DNA of 64,000 bases from Tubiluchus corallicola (GCA_030141605.1 JAQGDQ010000001.1:1178001-1242000), one strand, 5' to 3'; positions 1-29,500 are shown, counted from the first letter of the stretch. The notes: generated by a model not told the origin, from the letters alone. Made by a program: numbers and translations.

Positions 1-2106
1 TACAGGGCATTGTTCTGCGTTTATACAATATCGTCTGCGGGTTTGTCTACTGTCGTCTTACAGAGCGAAAACACTGACGCTGGGGAAATACCTTATATTT
101 TCGTAAGGTAAACTCCATAGGATATTACATAAAATATTTATACACCACGTCAAGCTTATGGTGCAAAGCGTTAAGCGCGCAATGTTTTTTGGCTGATACT
201 ATATATATGGTACACTAGTTGGGCAAATACTAGGCCAGCTGGTAGTATATTTCCATTTTTATTAATTATCAATTTCCCAATTAATTATCAGTCTTTAGCG
301 CCTTTGGGCAATTTGAATTATTCTTTACGGCAGGGCTCAGAGATCTACATTACATTTACGTGACATTACATTTATAGATTTCTCAGCTCAATAAATAATT
401 ACATTTTGAAAAATCTAGTTCTATCTATTCTCGCAGCAAAGATGTATTGCACGATTATAATAATTTCACAAATATTTGAAAAGTGCAAACCATACACGAC
501 AATGGTACCTGGTGAGACAAGTTAGTAAATTAAGCATCAGTTGTACGCGTATCATTATAACAGGGTTGAAATTCAATTAGCGAATTGTTTTTTAATGAAA
601 TTGCAGCAGATTAGTAAAAAAATGATTCGATAGAGAAAGTTTGCATGGTGATCTCGTAAAATCTTAGTGTTTCACCTTGCTAATCTCTTACTGAACAACA
701 AACCCTAAAGTTAGGTCCTATATATTTAGTGAAAAAGTAAGTGGTTTAACGCTATACCTTATTAATTAATGTAGTAGGCTACTATTTACATAAATTAGAC
801 AGGAGCACGCTTGCGGTGCGAGGCTTATCGTGTCTTATAAAGTAAGATAAACACAGAAAGCAATGAATTTCAGCTTGTACAGCGCATGTCTTTAAAATAT
901 TTTTTGTCAAATAACAATGAGACATTTAAATTTTGCAACATTACTCAGCGAGAGGTAGACTATGGTTTTTATAGGGAGGTAGAGTATAAATGAACACTAT
1001 ACAGTATATATACTAATACCCAGAAACGTCTTACAATTTTTGCATTAACAAGCACCCTGACACCCCTACATTCCTGACACGAAATTCACATCTCGGTTAT
1101 AACTGAACTTGAACTGAGTTCAGTTTATAACTAAACTGATATCTATTGTAACCAAACTTCGGTAATGTGTAAAACGATTATTTAATACAAAGTCTCTGTG
1201 CTGAAAAGGTGTTTTCAAACTTAAAACTTTTTAATTCACCAGTTATATTTATACTTAAATATTGGGCGTCGGTGTGTAAAAATATAATAACATCTTAATA
1301 CAGGAAATCTCCAGAAGTTCAGAATTTAGTTTCTAATTTATCACCTCGATGAGTTTAAAGGCTTACAAATGGCAAAAAGCAGGTAATTCTCAAGTGGTTT
1401 CAGAACAGGTATACAGGTGTAAGTTTGGGTTATTAATAAGTTCCTGAGAATCACCTGCTTAACTTCAAATGCAAACGTATGCGAAAGTCTACCGTTTGTT
1501 TAATTCAAAAAATCAAGAATAAGCTTAAATGTTCATCCCCTCTTTTCCGTTTCAAATTTCAAATTTGTGTTATTTCTGCTAGCTTGGCGTATGAAAACCA
1601 CAAAGTGCATGAGCAGTGTCTCTTTTGAAGTAAAGTAAATAGCAGTTGGGATAGGAGCATTTAAGTAATCATGGGCTGTATCAGTTAATTTAACATACGT
1701 TTACTCTGAAGCAATCAAATATCTTTCTTGAAACTGTGAATTCTTCGCTGCTGTGCCACATTTGTTGTGGAAATTGCCGAAATCAGAGACTACTTGTGTT
1801 CAATTAAGAATCGAAAATAACGAAGGCTCGCTATTTTATCTAATTTTTTTCTTAACAATGGTGAGTTGCGAAACTTCTTTGACTGCATATTTATAGACAC
1901 TTCGAAAAAAGCCAGCATGTAGGTTAAAAATGGGTTTCAGCATCACTGAGAACTAAAAAATACCCCGAGCTAGCACAATAAAAGACGATGTAGAAATCGA
2001 AGCGTGAGACGAAAAAAAGGTTCTGTATTGAGGGAACCACTTATCACGAATAAAACTTCTTGATTATTTGAGATTTCAAATCCTTTCCCTTTCCACTAGG
2101 AAGCCA

Positions 2107-16416
<14,310 letters not shown>

Positions 16417-18897
16417 TTTAGTTAAAAAACTTAAAGCGATACGCACAACCTAGGACACAAACTTCCAACTGAAAAACCGCAGATAGCAAGCGAAAGAATT
16501 TTCGTCGCATTTTATATGTGCCCATGTACAAGGCTAGTAATATCCCAAGGGCAAATCCGCAAACTTAACTGTCGAGATTTCTGCACATTTTAATGTAATC
16601 TAAAAAGTTTGTCGCTAGAAGGAGCCACATGGGGCAGTTATTTACCATACCGGTGCAAGTCGCCTTTGTGCGAAAGTGAAACTATGATATTTAAAAATAG
16701 CAGCCTCAGGCCTGTTACAGTACCATCTGCACCTAAGAAGCCTACAGCACTGTAAAAATTATCGCATATTATTAATAGCTTAAAGTTGTTTTACTTTTAT
16801 TCCTTTAAAAATTTGGAGTTGTTGTATTATTCTTATAGTGGAAGTACAGGCCAAGGTGTCTACATGAGTTACAGATACAGGAATTAGTATAAGGACTGTT
16901 CTTACCAAGGGAAATTCTGTTGACCGCCCTTGTGAGAGAAAATTAGATACCAGAAAATGGAGTCAAAATGCTTTACCTAAAAATCTTAGGCGAAACACAC
17001 CACCTAGTACTGCAAAATTTAATCATTGTTGGATTTGCTCCCAGTGGACATAATTTTTACAAGGCCCTTACACATATTGCGTTGGCCGATACAAACCTGT
17101 TAAAATGATTTTCCAACGAGTACGCCATTATAGATAGGGTTAAAAGAAAATTAATAAATAAACAACTTCTGCCAATACTGCCATCAAAAGTGTCATCCAA
17201 ACAAATAGAAAGAAATCTAATAAATTAATTAAATAGGTTCGTCCTCAAATTGATCTTTTTATGTCTCAAACTCAAACCTTGCCTGATATTCTTAACTTAA
17301 ATACATATAATTCATATTTAGTTATATTTTAAGTTAGAAGCCTTTTAATGAGATGTATTCAAGTTTAGGGTACTGCTTTCATAGATTTTATTTTTTCTGC
17401 GTCATTTTATGTTTTATGGGATCGGCGTAATGCGGTTGCGCCTGCTGATAGACAGTTCAACGATGGATGCAGTAGGCATATTTAGAATTCGCGGGAGAGC
17501 CACGGCGTCCCGTAACGGGCGTTTTCTCGGACCCAACTCTCGATTTTTTCGAAATTTTGGCCAAACGTACTTAAGTGCCTACTCATTTGAAACATGTACA
17601 TTACAAGGCTGGTTTCGTATTTTTTTCTGTGCATTAATAACACAAAATTTGTATATTTGTATAATAGCAACAAATTCTTGAAAGCGGTTCCACTGGTAAT
17701 TTACTGTCCTCTTTACAATTGAGATTCCCTACAAATATAAAACTTTAATGCGACGACCATTTATAATTTTTTATGTTGATGAATTGTATTTGCTCACCTT
17801 TGTCTGAATGCTGAGTTACAAAACACATTGTGGAAGAATATCAACAAATTTCTTAACACAAAAATAAAGAACAAAAGGTTCAGCATGTGACCAGAAATTT
17901 CGAATAAGTCATTAGCCAAAAAGTTTTTTTTTCAATATTCTGCGTTATTTCTTTCGGCACTTTTTGATCAACGTTTGATTACGATTATGAATACGTTTTC
18001 AGAGGGACTAAATGCGCTTGCCTACAATCACAGGGGCCACTTTTTATAAAATGCCTTCACATTTCTGTAACGACACGATTAGAAAAGCGAGGTTGAATAA
18101 ATTTTTGAGAAACTTGCCAGCTTAATTGGTGTTTTTACAGGGTTAGTTCAGTTGTTTAATTGAACTCAATTCACCATTAATTTTGATAATATTGAGCGTA
18201 ATGGGTTATTTCCCCAAGTACAGTTTTTATTTGATTCACTGTTTGTCCAGTGTGATTTAATTTGTTTCCCATCTACTGCAGGGGAGATTCGTTCTTATGA
18301 AATTCCCGTATCTTAATAGTTACATTAGGTATACGGAAATGGGTATGTGTATTAGCTTAAATTTCAGTTTAAAAACACATTGAGGATATATGGAATACTC
18401 ATTTGATTTACAATTCTTGTTTCTCATAAAATTAATATGCATGAAAATATAACAATTTTAAAATGTACAATATTACAACAAATCATTTTACAAAATACAA
18501 GAATCATAAAAAAATAATTATTACTTAGTGTATACATAATAGGAATAATTAAAAAACAATACAAATAATATAGTGCTTGCAAACTGCGCGTATGTGTTCT
18601 AATGGAATAATCCAGGCAAATTAAACCCGATATTAAATACATGCCTGCTGTTGCGCCATTATATAAAAACGTTTCAATCTATACATTCTTGAATCACTAA
18701 AAATTAAAAAACAGGCTTCTGAAGTCAATCTTGACGGTTTTTGTTTATTAAACTGCATGTTTGGCAGTTATTATTTTCACTTCTAACCAAAAAATTACAT
18801 TTCCTGCTACAGAATCACTTTAACAGAATTACTCTTGTAGTGCTGAAATCCATTTTGCTCTGTGTAAGTGAAACGTTATGATCGTTAGACCGGAGTA

Positions 18898-19509
18898 TCA
18901 TTGAGGAATTTCAACATCGAAAGGCTTCTCAACTGGCATACTGCCACATTTAGTTATGGTAACGTCCAACAGGGGTCTGTCGTAATCATCCTGGTTGGTT
19001 TTCAGGTCATTGACTTGATATACCACGTCCATGCCTTCCAATACTGTTCCAAAGACAACATGGCGTCCATCAAGCCAGGGCGTTGGCACTACAGTAATGA
19101 AAAACTGCGAGCCGTTGGTGTTTTTTCCTGCGTTGGCCATGCTGACCCATCCTGATCCGTAATGCTTTAACTCGAACGGTTCATCGTCGAAATACTTGCC
19201 ATAAATGCTTTTGCTTCCCATTCCATCGCCTTTCTCGATGTCCCCTGCTTGTATCATAAAGTCTTTTATGACCCTGTGAAACTTGCTGCCTTGGTAACCA
19301 TAGCCTTCGGAGTGATCAGCCAGTGCGACAAAATTTCTCACAGTCAACGGAGCTGTTTCTCCAAAAAGACCAATTATAATTGTCCCAGCTGGATCATCAC
19401 CAATACTGACGTCCAAGAACACTTTATGAGTAACTGTGGTTTTACCTGCTTGTGCGCCAAAGATGCACTGACAACTTGCGAAGCACAGTAATACGGTTCT
19501 TAACAACAT
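18898..19509 (-). CDS. PPIB: Peptidyl-prolyl cis-trans isomerase B-like (ER cyclophilin), CDS intronless, 203 aa
   Basis: Signal peptide [19 protein letters not shown]; [47 protein letters not shown] and a VEKPF C-terminus typical of cyclophilin B; AATAAA on the minus strand at 18744-18749. Confidence 0.92.
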   Translation of the reverse strand: MLLRTVLLCFASCQCIFGAQAGKTTVTHKVFLDVSIGDDPAGTIIIGLFGETAPLTVRNFVALADHSEGYGYQGSKFHRVIKDFMIQAGDIEKGDGMGSKSIYGKYFDDEPFELKHYGSGWVSMANAGKNTNGSQFFITVVPTPWLDGRHVVFGTVLEGMDVVYQVNDLKTNQDDYDRPLLDVTITKCGSMPVEKPFDVEIPQ

Positions 19510-20090
19510 GGCGCTGCTATGTAATTTTTCTTGCAAAGAGAAACTAACAAGCGAGACAGACTTCAGTACCACAAGAGCTCAGTGAAGCTATTGGGATAGC
19601 TGCAACACATCTTGGTGGTCGAGTATGTAAGCAAAAGACACATCTGCGAATGTAAACCTATATCCACTGTTCTCCTGCCGCCATCTCTGGGCTGTTTTGA
19701 ACAACAGGCTGTGCGCAGTTGGCGAAAATTGTTTTAACAAGTTTACTTCATCTGCCTTTAAGTTAGCTACCGACACCGTGTCTGGGGTAAAGCTGTCCAG
19801 CCGCAGCATCCATTGAGCATGCGCTGTGTGAGGGTCAAAAACTTGTGTTGTAAAGGGAAGCCGGAGTAGATTCCCAACTATGTATCTTACACAGACTGGT
19901 AAATAATCAATATAGTTACGCTTGTTGCAAAGCTGATTCTACAAGATCCATTCAACCATGGCCAGTCAACGTGTCAACGCCTGGACAGACTAAAATATCA
20001 TCTGCCTGTCTACTCACAAGGCAAGTTTTGTTTAGTGTTTAGTGAAATGCATTCCAAAATTGAAACCAGAATCAACAAAGAATCGCCTCG
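19510..20090. promoter_or_regulatory. Putative shared/bidirectional promoter and 5'UTR region between cyclophilin B and neuroligin
   Basis: Only 581 bp separate the divergent start codons; no TSS could be identified directly. Confidence 0.35.
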
Positions 20091-20511
20091 ATGGAGAGGA
20101 CAGTTTTGATTGCTCTGTGGTTGCTTCTCGTGCAGTTGAGGTGGTTGGTGGATGGTTCCACTTCTGCTCCGTCCATTCAGTTAAAGGATGGTCGACTTCT
20201 TGGTATGTACATCCAACCAAACAGCAAGTACAAAGAACTTTCACCAGTGCAAGCTTACTTGGGTATACGCTACGCAGCACCACCTGTCGGACGATTACGC
20301 TTCATGCCACCTACCTCCCCTCCAAGGATGACAGGTATTCATAATGCGACGACTTTCGGATCGGCTTGTCCACAAAAACTGCCTGACATCAAATCAGATC
20401 CTCTTTCTCGGATGCCAGTTGGAAGGTTGGAGTACCTAAAAAGGCTTCTTCCTCTACTAAGTAACCAGGATGAGGATTGTCTTTTCTTAAATATCTATGT
20501 TCCAACTACAG
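20091..20511 (+). CDS. Nlg: Neuroligin coding exon 1
   Basis: Signal peptide, [34 protein letters not shown]; G|GTGAGT donor. Confidence 0.92.
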
Positions 20512-23500
20512 GTGAGTAACAATGACCATTTAATGTTACATAATAGCAGCTATGTGTAGTATAATGTAATAATTCCCAAATTCCCAATTGTTACTCATAA
20601 GCTTATGCGCTAGCCACTGTATTTCTTTAGCAAATAAAATGAACATCATAAATGTTACCCGCATGGTTACATCAGCTTCCATCCAATATGCAACAGGCTG
20701 ATTGTGTATGTCATTCTCTGGGGGTCAATTTTGAAGTTCTGCTTATTAAAAATTCATGAATGTTAGAACCCAAGTATTGTCCTTTTCGCATAATGCTGCT
20801 GTACCCGATGAATAGATGAAGCCTGAGCATTAAATTCCCCGAAGGCACGTCTATGTGTGCGTGTGTGTGTGTGCAGTGATTTCAAACATGGCTTCTTGGC
20901 CTGATAAATCCGCTGCCATTGCAATTTGTCAAATCGCCTAACTGCACTGGGGTTTACAGCTGACGATAAACCTAACTGCCTGGCTACCGTAAATGTTTAT
21001 GTAGTTGCTTGTTGTAGTTGTTTCATGGAATTAACTTCCAAGTATTTTATAACGTTACACAAACGTTGGACGATATTATGCATAATAAATTGTTGGATAG
21101 TCCTATGCGCTTAGTTCTTTTCATTTCTTTTTTTTCTATTTCTAACCTGTTAAAGCTGATGCGTGCAATCGTAATGTAACATAGATGTGCTATTGATTAG
21201 AAGCTAACGCTCTTTTGTAGAATTTTTGGAGCTAAAAATTATTGTGATCTGAGAAACCCCGGCTTCCTTGCTTTGCAAGGGGACAAAATAATTCAAAAAA
21301 GTCATTTATGGTGTCATTTTGTTGTTTTAATTTCCGACTAACAAAAAAGTTATTTATTGCATCCTTTGCCACCAGCCAAACCATGATGAACTAGATTTCT
21401 ATTTCTTTGCATAAATTTTTTGCCCTAAGAAAAATGTAGGCTACCGCACTAACAAGTATGACTAAGGATATACACGATATTTTTTTATCGCTTGAAAGTT
21501 GCCAAACGCATGTCCATCGTTTCTCTCTTTGCAGATTTGTCACGCACGAAGCAATTAACATTAAGATAATTTGTACCACTAACATAGGCTCTTAGTAGTT
21601 AGCAGTATTTTGTTCATAAATTAATTATAATGATAATCTATGAACCTTTTAGTAGGAAAGATAAGTACTAAAATATTATTTTAAATATATATATATTCAT
21701 AGATTATCATTGTGTGTTAGTTATATATATATATAATGTCAAGGTCTAAATGCATGTACATGCAATACTTTCTTGACCGTAATGCGTTGAGTTATAACTG
21801 AACAATATAATAATGGTACCTTCTCCATGAAAAATCTGCACACTAATTTAATTACTCAGCTTTCATAATCAGCGTTAATGTTATTTTACTGTGAACTAGC
21901 GCCTAATCCCCATTTAACCAGTAACCTTCTCAGAATTAAGGTATGTAGGGTATGTAGACACCAAATCAAGGTGTAATAAAGCAATTAACAAACACCAGCG
22001 TACTAAGCTGTTACTTTTAATTAATTATCCATAAATAATTTATTGTAAAAAGCCGGCAGTGAAAAGGTAAAAGCATAAGCCCTCAACGGATTTAGTCTAC
22101 CGGTTACAGTAAAATAACGACAGTGAACGAGGAATTTTATAATGTTTGCTAATTAGTTCACATTCGAATTTTAAGTAACATTGTAAGCCTAATGCCCGTT
22201 GTAGATCTAATGCCTCGACGACTAAAAAAACAATGTAAAACATTCAAGCACTTTCCGTTTTGATAAATTTGCGTCCTTTGAAACATAATTTTTTACTTAA
22301 TAATAGATAATGCACTAAGATCTTACTTGGAAATATTTTTTTCAAAATAACACTTATCCCAAAAGAATTGGTTTTTTGTTACGAAATATTGGCTTATTAT
22401 TTAATAGAATAACCTGTTTTTACAAAGCAGTAACTTAACTGTTATTTCAAATAGTAGCCTGTTATTAAATTTTCAAAATAAGGATTATACTTGTCTTTTT
22501 TGTGTCTTCTTTTTGGGCAACTGTTTCACGGCAAATAAATTTACACCGAAAACCAAAATTTATAAGAATACGTTTTACTGAATGCCGTGAAATTAATAGA
22601 AACAGGAACGACCCCTTTTATATCATAATCTTTTTAGTTATTATGTAATTGTGACAGAAACGGTGTCGACACTAATTGCAAATACTTTAAAGTAAGTCAG
22701 AGGTAAAATAATTTTCAAAATGCAGAGCTATTTCTTCTGCTTGTGGTGGTGATGATGATAATGTGCAATGATAATACTGCTGTTGCTGCTGCTACTTATG
22801 ATGATGAGAAGGAGGAGGAGGACGATTATGACGATAATGATAAGCGGATAGCTGAGTGGTTACTGTATATGATTGGCCATGGAATCTAGCAACACTGACG
22901 CTGAGAAGGAAATGGTCAACCCACCACTAAGAAAACTAGTATGCCAATAATTGTTGGCTTCAGCTTGCAGTGTACCAAACTGTGTCATTGCGAAGACATT
23001 AATAGACATGCATTCACAGTAAGTTGTTCTTACAAACTACGCAAGCATCGCTCGTAAGAAGTCTAATTAAACCATTATTAGCTTACTATTAGCATTACAT
23101 CTCATCCGAATCCTGATCGTAAATTATTTTGCCTACACAATTAACAGTCGTCCCAGCGATTAGCAATGGCTTCATTTTTTCTTTGTGTGACACAGGACGC
23201 ACATGAAGCCGCTAAAACAGAAAGAAGCCGAAGAAATTTCCGCTTTAGCAATCCAATAGACTAAATTTCTCGAAGCGATTTCAGCGTACTAGTGTCATCG
23301 CTACAGACTATAAAGCAGCACGAAGCTTTGAGGCCTGAAAAGCCGTTTAATCGATGTCTTTACGGTTAATCAAGCGTATGATAATTGCGCTAATATCTCA
23401 TCAGCATAATTATCCCTCGCACTTGATTTTGACGGCGAGCAAATGAGATAAACAAACGCACTTCTTTAAAAAAAAAACAAAAAAACCGTTGTAATTGCAG

Positions 23501-26500
23501 TCCTTTTAAGTTGCCAAGTTCTGTTAGGAAGTAACAGTAAAGTCAAAGAGATATTTGATTACAGGAATTTGTTTACTTATTTTATTTATTTATCGGCACT
23601 TTATATTCAAACATGAATGAGCCTTGAACAAAATTTTTCTTGTACTCACAATATTAGTTCATTCGTCTGAAGGTTATGTGACTTGAAGATTCAGTGTCCG
23701 GCGCTCCGCCCTTAAAGATTCGACATTCCACAGGTTTGATAACCTGATCATAAAGTGGTCTAAAAGCTCATTAGTCTGAAAGTTCGTTAGTTTGAACGTT
23801 CTAAATTCAAAAAGTCCAAAATTTCTAAATTCAGAAAGTCCGAAACAAGTTTAGTTTCACTCCGTCATAGTTGCAATCGTCCCTCTCCCCGTAAAATCAA
23901 ATTGGCAAAATAGCATTAACACATGCTACAACTCCAACTCCATCTGCAACGACAACAACAACGCCATGGTAATAATTCGGCAATTGTAGCAGCAAAACTA
24001 TATCGAAAGCAACAACTATAACAGCAAGAGAAACAGAACAAGCGACAGCAACATACACCAAGTCAAGTATGACAGGGAAGAAAATAACATTGTAAAAGTA
24101 AGGTAAAAGTTCCCATTTTCAACAAATTGTACAGTCATGCCGTTTAAATATCATATATGTGCAAAGGTTTGTCTTCAGTAAATGTTTGTGTCACGACGTC
24201 GCGCAATTTCTTCTACCTGAATAACTACAGATGGTTTGTGTAGAGAAAGCATGTAGTATACTGACTAGCTGATCATACTTTTTTAATCGACGAAAAGGAT
24301 TGGACAGTGCAGTGGTTTGAAGTTACATCAATCACAGTGTATTTAGTTTCCTCAAATAATTTCATTTGACGATCTATAATGTTTTGCGCGCCAAAGTTAC
24401 TAACGAAATTAAAGGATAGGTGAAACTGCATTCTTCGTTCCTGTATATGGTTTTAATATTAAAAGTAAGCCGGTAATTTACAGGCATTTAATTCCCGAGA
24501 AGTTGACGTAAAGCAGTGAATTTCAAATATTTTAGCTGTTATTGATGTTACTTCTTCTAACAGTTCGGCACTGCTTTTGTCAAGAAATAATGCTTAGAAA
24601 AAAACTAGAGCACCGCATCAATTTTCTGGCCGTTTAAACCTTTGTCGTATATTTTGTTAATTAGTTAATTTGAACCACTATAAATTTTAGCACTATATTC
24701 TTTTCATTAGAAAGCAGTTTCATTCACATGACAGAAAGAAAGTAAAGGGCGTTACTTTTTATTTGTGATATTACTGACTATTACTTCGCTAGACTCGAAC
24801 GCAGTCTCGTGCACATACGCATAGAGAGGCGGTTGAGAGTCTCTTTTCTATCTCTTGATGTTTTGCTCCCTATTTTCAGCGTTAATCTTTGTTTATGCAT
24901 GCGAGAGAAACAGCCAGTGGAAACCAGTGGCAAATGCATCTTGTTACGAAATGGAAACCATGTCGTCTAATAAGAGAAAGTTGAACTAGTAAACTCAGGT
25001 AGCTAAGCCAAATTGAGCGATATTTGATTGGAAAAAATCATTTTTCTGTGTGCGTGTAGTTACCGCGGCCAGAGATCTGAATATACTAAAATTAGATGTT
25101 GGCATTTGGCACTTCTATTTAAATTTGTTGCAAAATTCTTTCAGTTCAAATTAAAAATCTAGCCAATTGTTTACGTGAAAATATATAATTTAACCTATTT
25201 CTATTAGCACATTTGTGGTTGATTGACTAATCTGAGTGATTTTTCAAAGTGCTTTCCTTAAAAGTGGTTTTCCTATTTATAAGCTTTCCTATCTACACAT
25301 TTCTGTCGAGAGATAATAGGATCGCAGGGAAGCCATGCGTATTGGGATGGAAAAAAATAAAGTAATAAAGATAGAACTTCTTGCGAAACACAGGGGTGTT
25401 TTGACAGATTTTAGCGCAGGGAAAAGAACTGTTGCGTTCTGCATGTTTGTGTTAAATTCGCATTTCTGACTCACAAACAAAGCGTGATTTTCGCTCTGTG
25501 ATTAAAATCTTGCATGCAGCCATATAGTAAAATCGTTTTGCACAAATAGGTTTACCGATTTGGTGTTTGTTGGATCAAACTAGAATATAATATAACTAGC
25601 CTGGAATGCAAAGCATACGGTTTTTTCCTTAATGAGTTTTTTCTGTCCAACTGCTTAGACACCACTTAGCGTTGTTATAGCATCCATTTCGTGAATTAAT
25701 GGAACGCCATTTAGCGTTGCCAAATAATCTGAACGTCACAAGCGAGTAGCTCAAAAACGGTTCAATTCAGCACTACAGTTCAACCTTGCAGTTAAATGTT
25801 GGTTTTCCTTAACTTTTTACTTTAAACTGATCTGTTCTTGTTTTGATTGCAGAAGCTGGAGTCAGACCTTACACCCGATATCCAGTCATTATGTTTATAC
25901 ACGGCGAATCCTACGAATGGGGATCGGGTAACCCTTATGACGGCAGCGTCATTACTAGTCTCGGTGATGTCATCTTCATCACCATCAATTATCGACTCGG
26001 AATATTAGGTAAAATCGGACTTTTTTCCAAATTAATGGGCGAACAGGTATTTATTCTCACCTTGTTAGGTGATTAGGCTGGAAAGAACTTATTTACAGAG
26101 TAAAATAATTTGGTTAATTAATTAAGCAAAGGTATTTTAAATGCTATTAAACACTTGTATATTCACAATTGTATGGAAAATTTCTATGCAAATGTTAGTC
26201 TCATTCCCCCTGCAGTATACAGGATCAATTCTGATGACCCTTTGCCTTTCTTACAGTTGAAACATTACATTGATAAGTACATAAGAGTAATACAAAGTTT
26301 CATAATCAATTTAAAGAGGAAAAATGGAATTTTAGAGTATATCCCAAAAAACTTTCCATACAAAATTATATTATTTAGTTTTACGCTTACAAGTTTGAAA
26401 GACTTGTGCAATTGAAAAAGAAAATTTTTACTACTTCAAAATATTCGCGCCATTACTGTAAAACGACTCTGCATTGCCATCCTAGTGTGCACCACTGTTT

Positions 26501-29500
26501 CACCAAAAAAGACATTATTGATCTTACTGATAATATAAAGTGATTTAAACTTTTGCTTAGTTACCTAAGGGTGTACTACGAATGCTCTACTTACGCAATG
26601 TTGTTGTATTTAAACTTGTTTCAAACTTACGGGTTAAAGTGGCTGCGCCTAACGGTCATCGCCGAAATTTAAATTTCCAAGTTTTATATAGCGTTACTGC
26701 TAAAGCATGCCCTGTATGCAATCAATGAGACAGCATCTAAATTATATAAAATTTTAAGTCGAAATTTTTTAATTTTATTTATGAAGTGTTTTGTTGAGCG
26801 TTAAATTAGATTTCAATAATTAACTTTTACAATAAGTCTGGTGAGTTCCTCCATCAGTTGTTGTATTTTATGTGGTTATAGAGTCCGGGCTGGTAGCCAA
26901 TAAACATCTAAAAATCTAAAATTTTATCATTACTTTTGACTTATCAAGATCAAATTATCGGTTATAAGAATAATTGTTGACAATTAAAATTATGGCTCTG
27001 CGTTGATGCCATCATTAATATTTAGCAGGTTGGTAGTTGCCTGACAGATACATCACTTACTCAGTAAAAATAGTTAATTTTTACTGTGTTCTTGAACAAT
27101 AGCAAAATTTTGGTCAATTGTGCATGGATCTTTTTCACTTTTTGTGCTAAAATTGATAAAAACTAACTTGCACTGTACAGTGTATTTTTTCCATTGTATT
27201 ATGTTTTCGCCTGTATTTCCTTATGCAGTCATATTCCATGTCATTTTTTCTGCATTTATTTTATATAAATGGCGCAATTAATGAACTAATAGGCAAACAA
27301 AAACGCTTAAGACCTTCCGCAACAGTAATTATTAGATAGCTTTGGAAATTTTTAGAGTATTATGAGAAGCATTTTGTGAAGATTTCCGAAACGTATTTAA
27401 ACCAGTCGTCAATGGTAATGCCTGAGATTATAACGACAATTTCTAACATAATGTTATTATTCTCATGCTTCTGAGTCATTATTCTATAACGATTAGTGAC
27501 ATCTTAGCAGTCTAAATTTTGAAAATGTAAGATACCTTGCATTGCACTTGAATTTAAAATATATAAAATTTATGAATATTTTCCTGCACTGGCACTTTAC
27601 TTTACCTAGTCGTGTTCGCTAACTGTTTTAAAATTTTAAAAATGAAAGAACTCACCCCACGGATTGTCAACTTTTAACACTTATTTTGTTACAAGTTGGT
27701 TTATAATCTTCTTTTTTCGCAGGATTTTTAAGTACTTCTGGTTTAAAGGAGGATGTTCCAACAGCTCGCGGCAATTACGGACTGTTGGATCAGATTGCTG
27801 CGTTGCATTGGATTAACCAAAACATCAACTACTTCGGTGGCAACGCAGATGATGTAACCATTATGGGTCATGGACATGGAGCTGCTTCTGTGAATCTTTT
27901 GATGTTGTCTCCAGTTGCACAGAGTGGGTGATGTACCCATCTTTTAAGAATAACAATTAAAATGTTAAGTTCAATTTTTAGCCAGCAAAGCCTAAATAAT
28001 TGAGTAATTGGACGTAGTGAAAAAGCCTTTTTCACCAATCTTTTGGGAACTGCACCCACTATGGAACCTTGTGAAAGGATGTTCACTTGCAAATTTTTAG
28101 CTTCGTTGGATATTGAGAACATGTGTCTCCGCACATTAGCTTATTCACATACTTGGCATATTATAGTGCCACATGGTTACAAAAAATAGTTAACAAAAAA
28201 TAAACAGTTTCTTGTGAACTCTTCAGATGCATAAAGTTCTAAAACAATTATCCAAAACTGTTCACTTTTGTAATATACAATGTGGCACCATAATATGCCA
28301 AGTATGTGAATAAGATAACGGGCAGAGACACGTGTTACCAATATACAATGAAGTTAAAAATTTGCAGGTGAACATCTTTTTACAAACCTCCGCAATTTGT
28401 GGAGTTCCAAAAAGATTGGTGAAAAAGTTTTTTTTCACTACGCCCTATTGAGTCTTCTTTTTCTTCTTCCCAGCTTTTCCCTATTCGGGGTCGCCGTTGT
28501 GAATGAGTCTTCTCCACGCATTCCTGTTGTTGACCATCTCTTCATTTATGTCTTCAATTCCCACAAGATCTTCACCGACTCTTTTTTTCAGGTGTCCATA
28601 CCATCGCAATCTTGCGAGGCTTCCACTACTTTTACTGTTCCTCTGATATTATTATTTCTAATTTTATCTCTTCTTGTTATTCCCACCATTCATCTCAACA
28701 TCCTCATCTCCACCACACCCATTTTCTTCTCTTCGGTTTTTTTAGAAAAGCTGCTTCCAGCCCATAGATTGGAGCGGGTCTGACCACTTGTTTGTGGACT
28801 TTCCCTTTAATTCTCACCGACTCATTCATAGAAGGTTTTGGCACAGTTTTTACAGGCGGATGCCCTTCCTGACCTAACCCTCCCTATTTATCCGGGCTTG
28901 GGACCGGCACTGAGTTGGGCTGGCTTCCCCCCCCCCTCCCAGTGGCTAGGTTACTACGCCCTATTGAGTAATATCGATAATATTGAGTAAAGTCAAAACA
29001 AACGTACGTAAAATGTCTCTGGCGTGCCTGCCATACACTTTAACAAAAAAGTCTATATAGTATTAGGTGACGAATATTTACCACCCAAAATCTAAATTTT
29101 ATGGAAGATTTAAGCAGTTATTGTACGGTAATATCTTCATTTTCACGCAAGTTTTCATGAAAAAAGTGCAAACCAAACGTACCATCCTGTTAATGTTCAA
29201 CGAATCCTTTAATGGTATATGTCACTTTTTGTCAATTTGAAATTGCAACTCAGCATATTTGAATAAAACAGTTCACGACTTATCGTAAAAAGTTTACTTA
29301 CATAGCTAATTAGAAATCCCTGAGCAACAAAAAAAGTACTAAAAAATGAAAAAAGAAACAATAAACAGCTCAAAAAATAAGGAATTAAGAGTCATCGTTC
29401 ATCTCAAAGTTCTCACACATTTCAAATGCCCCTGAAGTTCTTAAAACAATAATAATGTCTATAATACTTTACGCCAAATTTCATTACTCACTGACAGCCA

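Noticed and set aside
1-111. Open + frame ending DAGEIPYIF followed by GTAAGG, resembling the esterase H.xEIPYxFG segment
   Set aside because: No His or following Gly-Pro, no downstream exons found, and truncated by the window edge, so it cannot be supported.
17790-17800. Strong minus-strand donor AAG|GTGAGC that could be a 5'UTR exon of the CLAM gene spliced to the acceptor at 16450
   Set aside because: Plausible, but it cannot be distinguished from chance sites without transcript data.
19510-19572. Longer cyclophilin start given in the ORF track
   Set aside because: Non-ATG start; the ATG at 19509 directly precedes a signal peptide.
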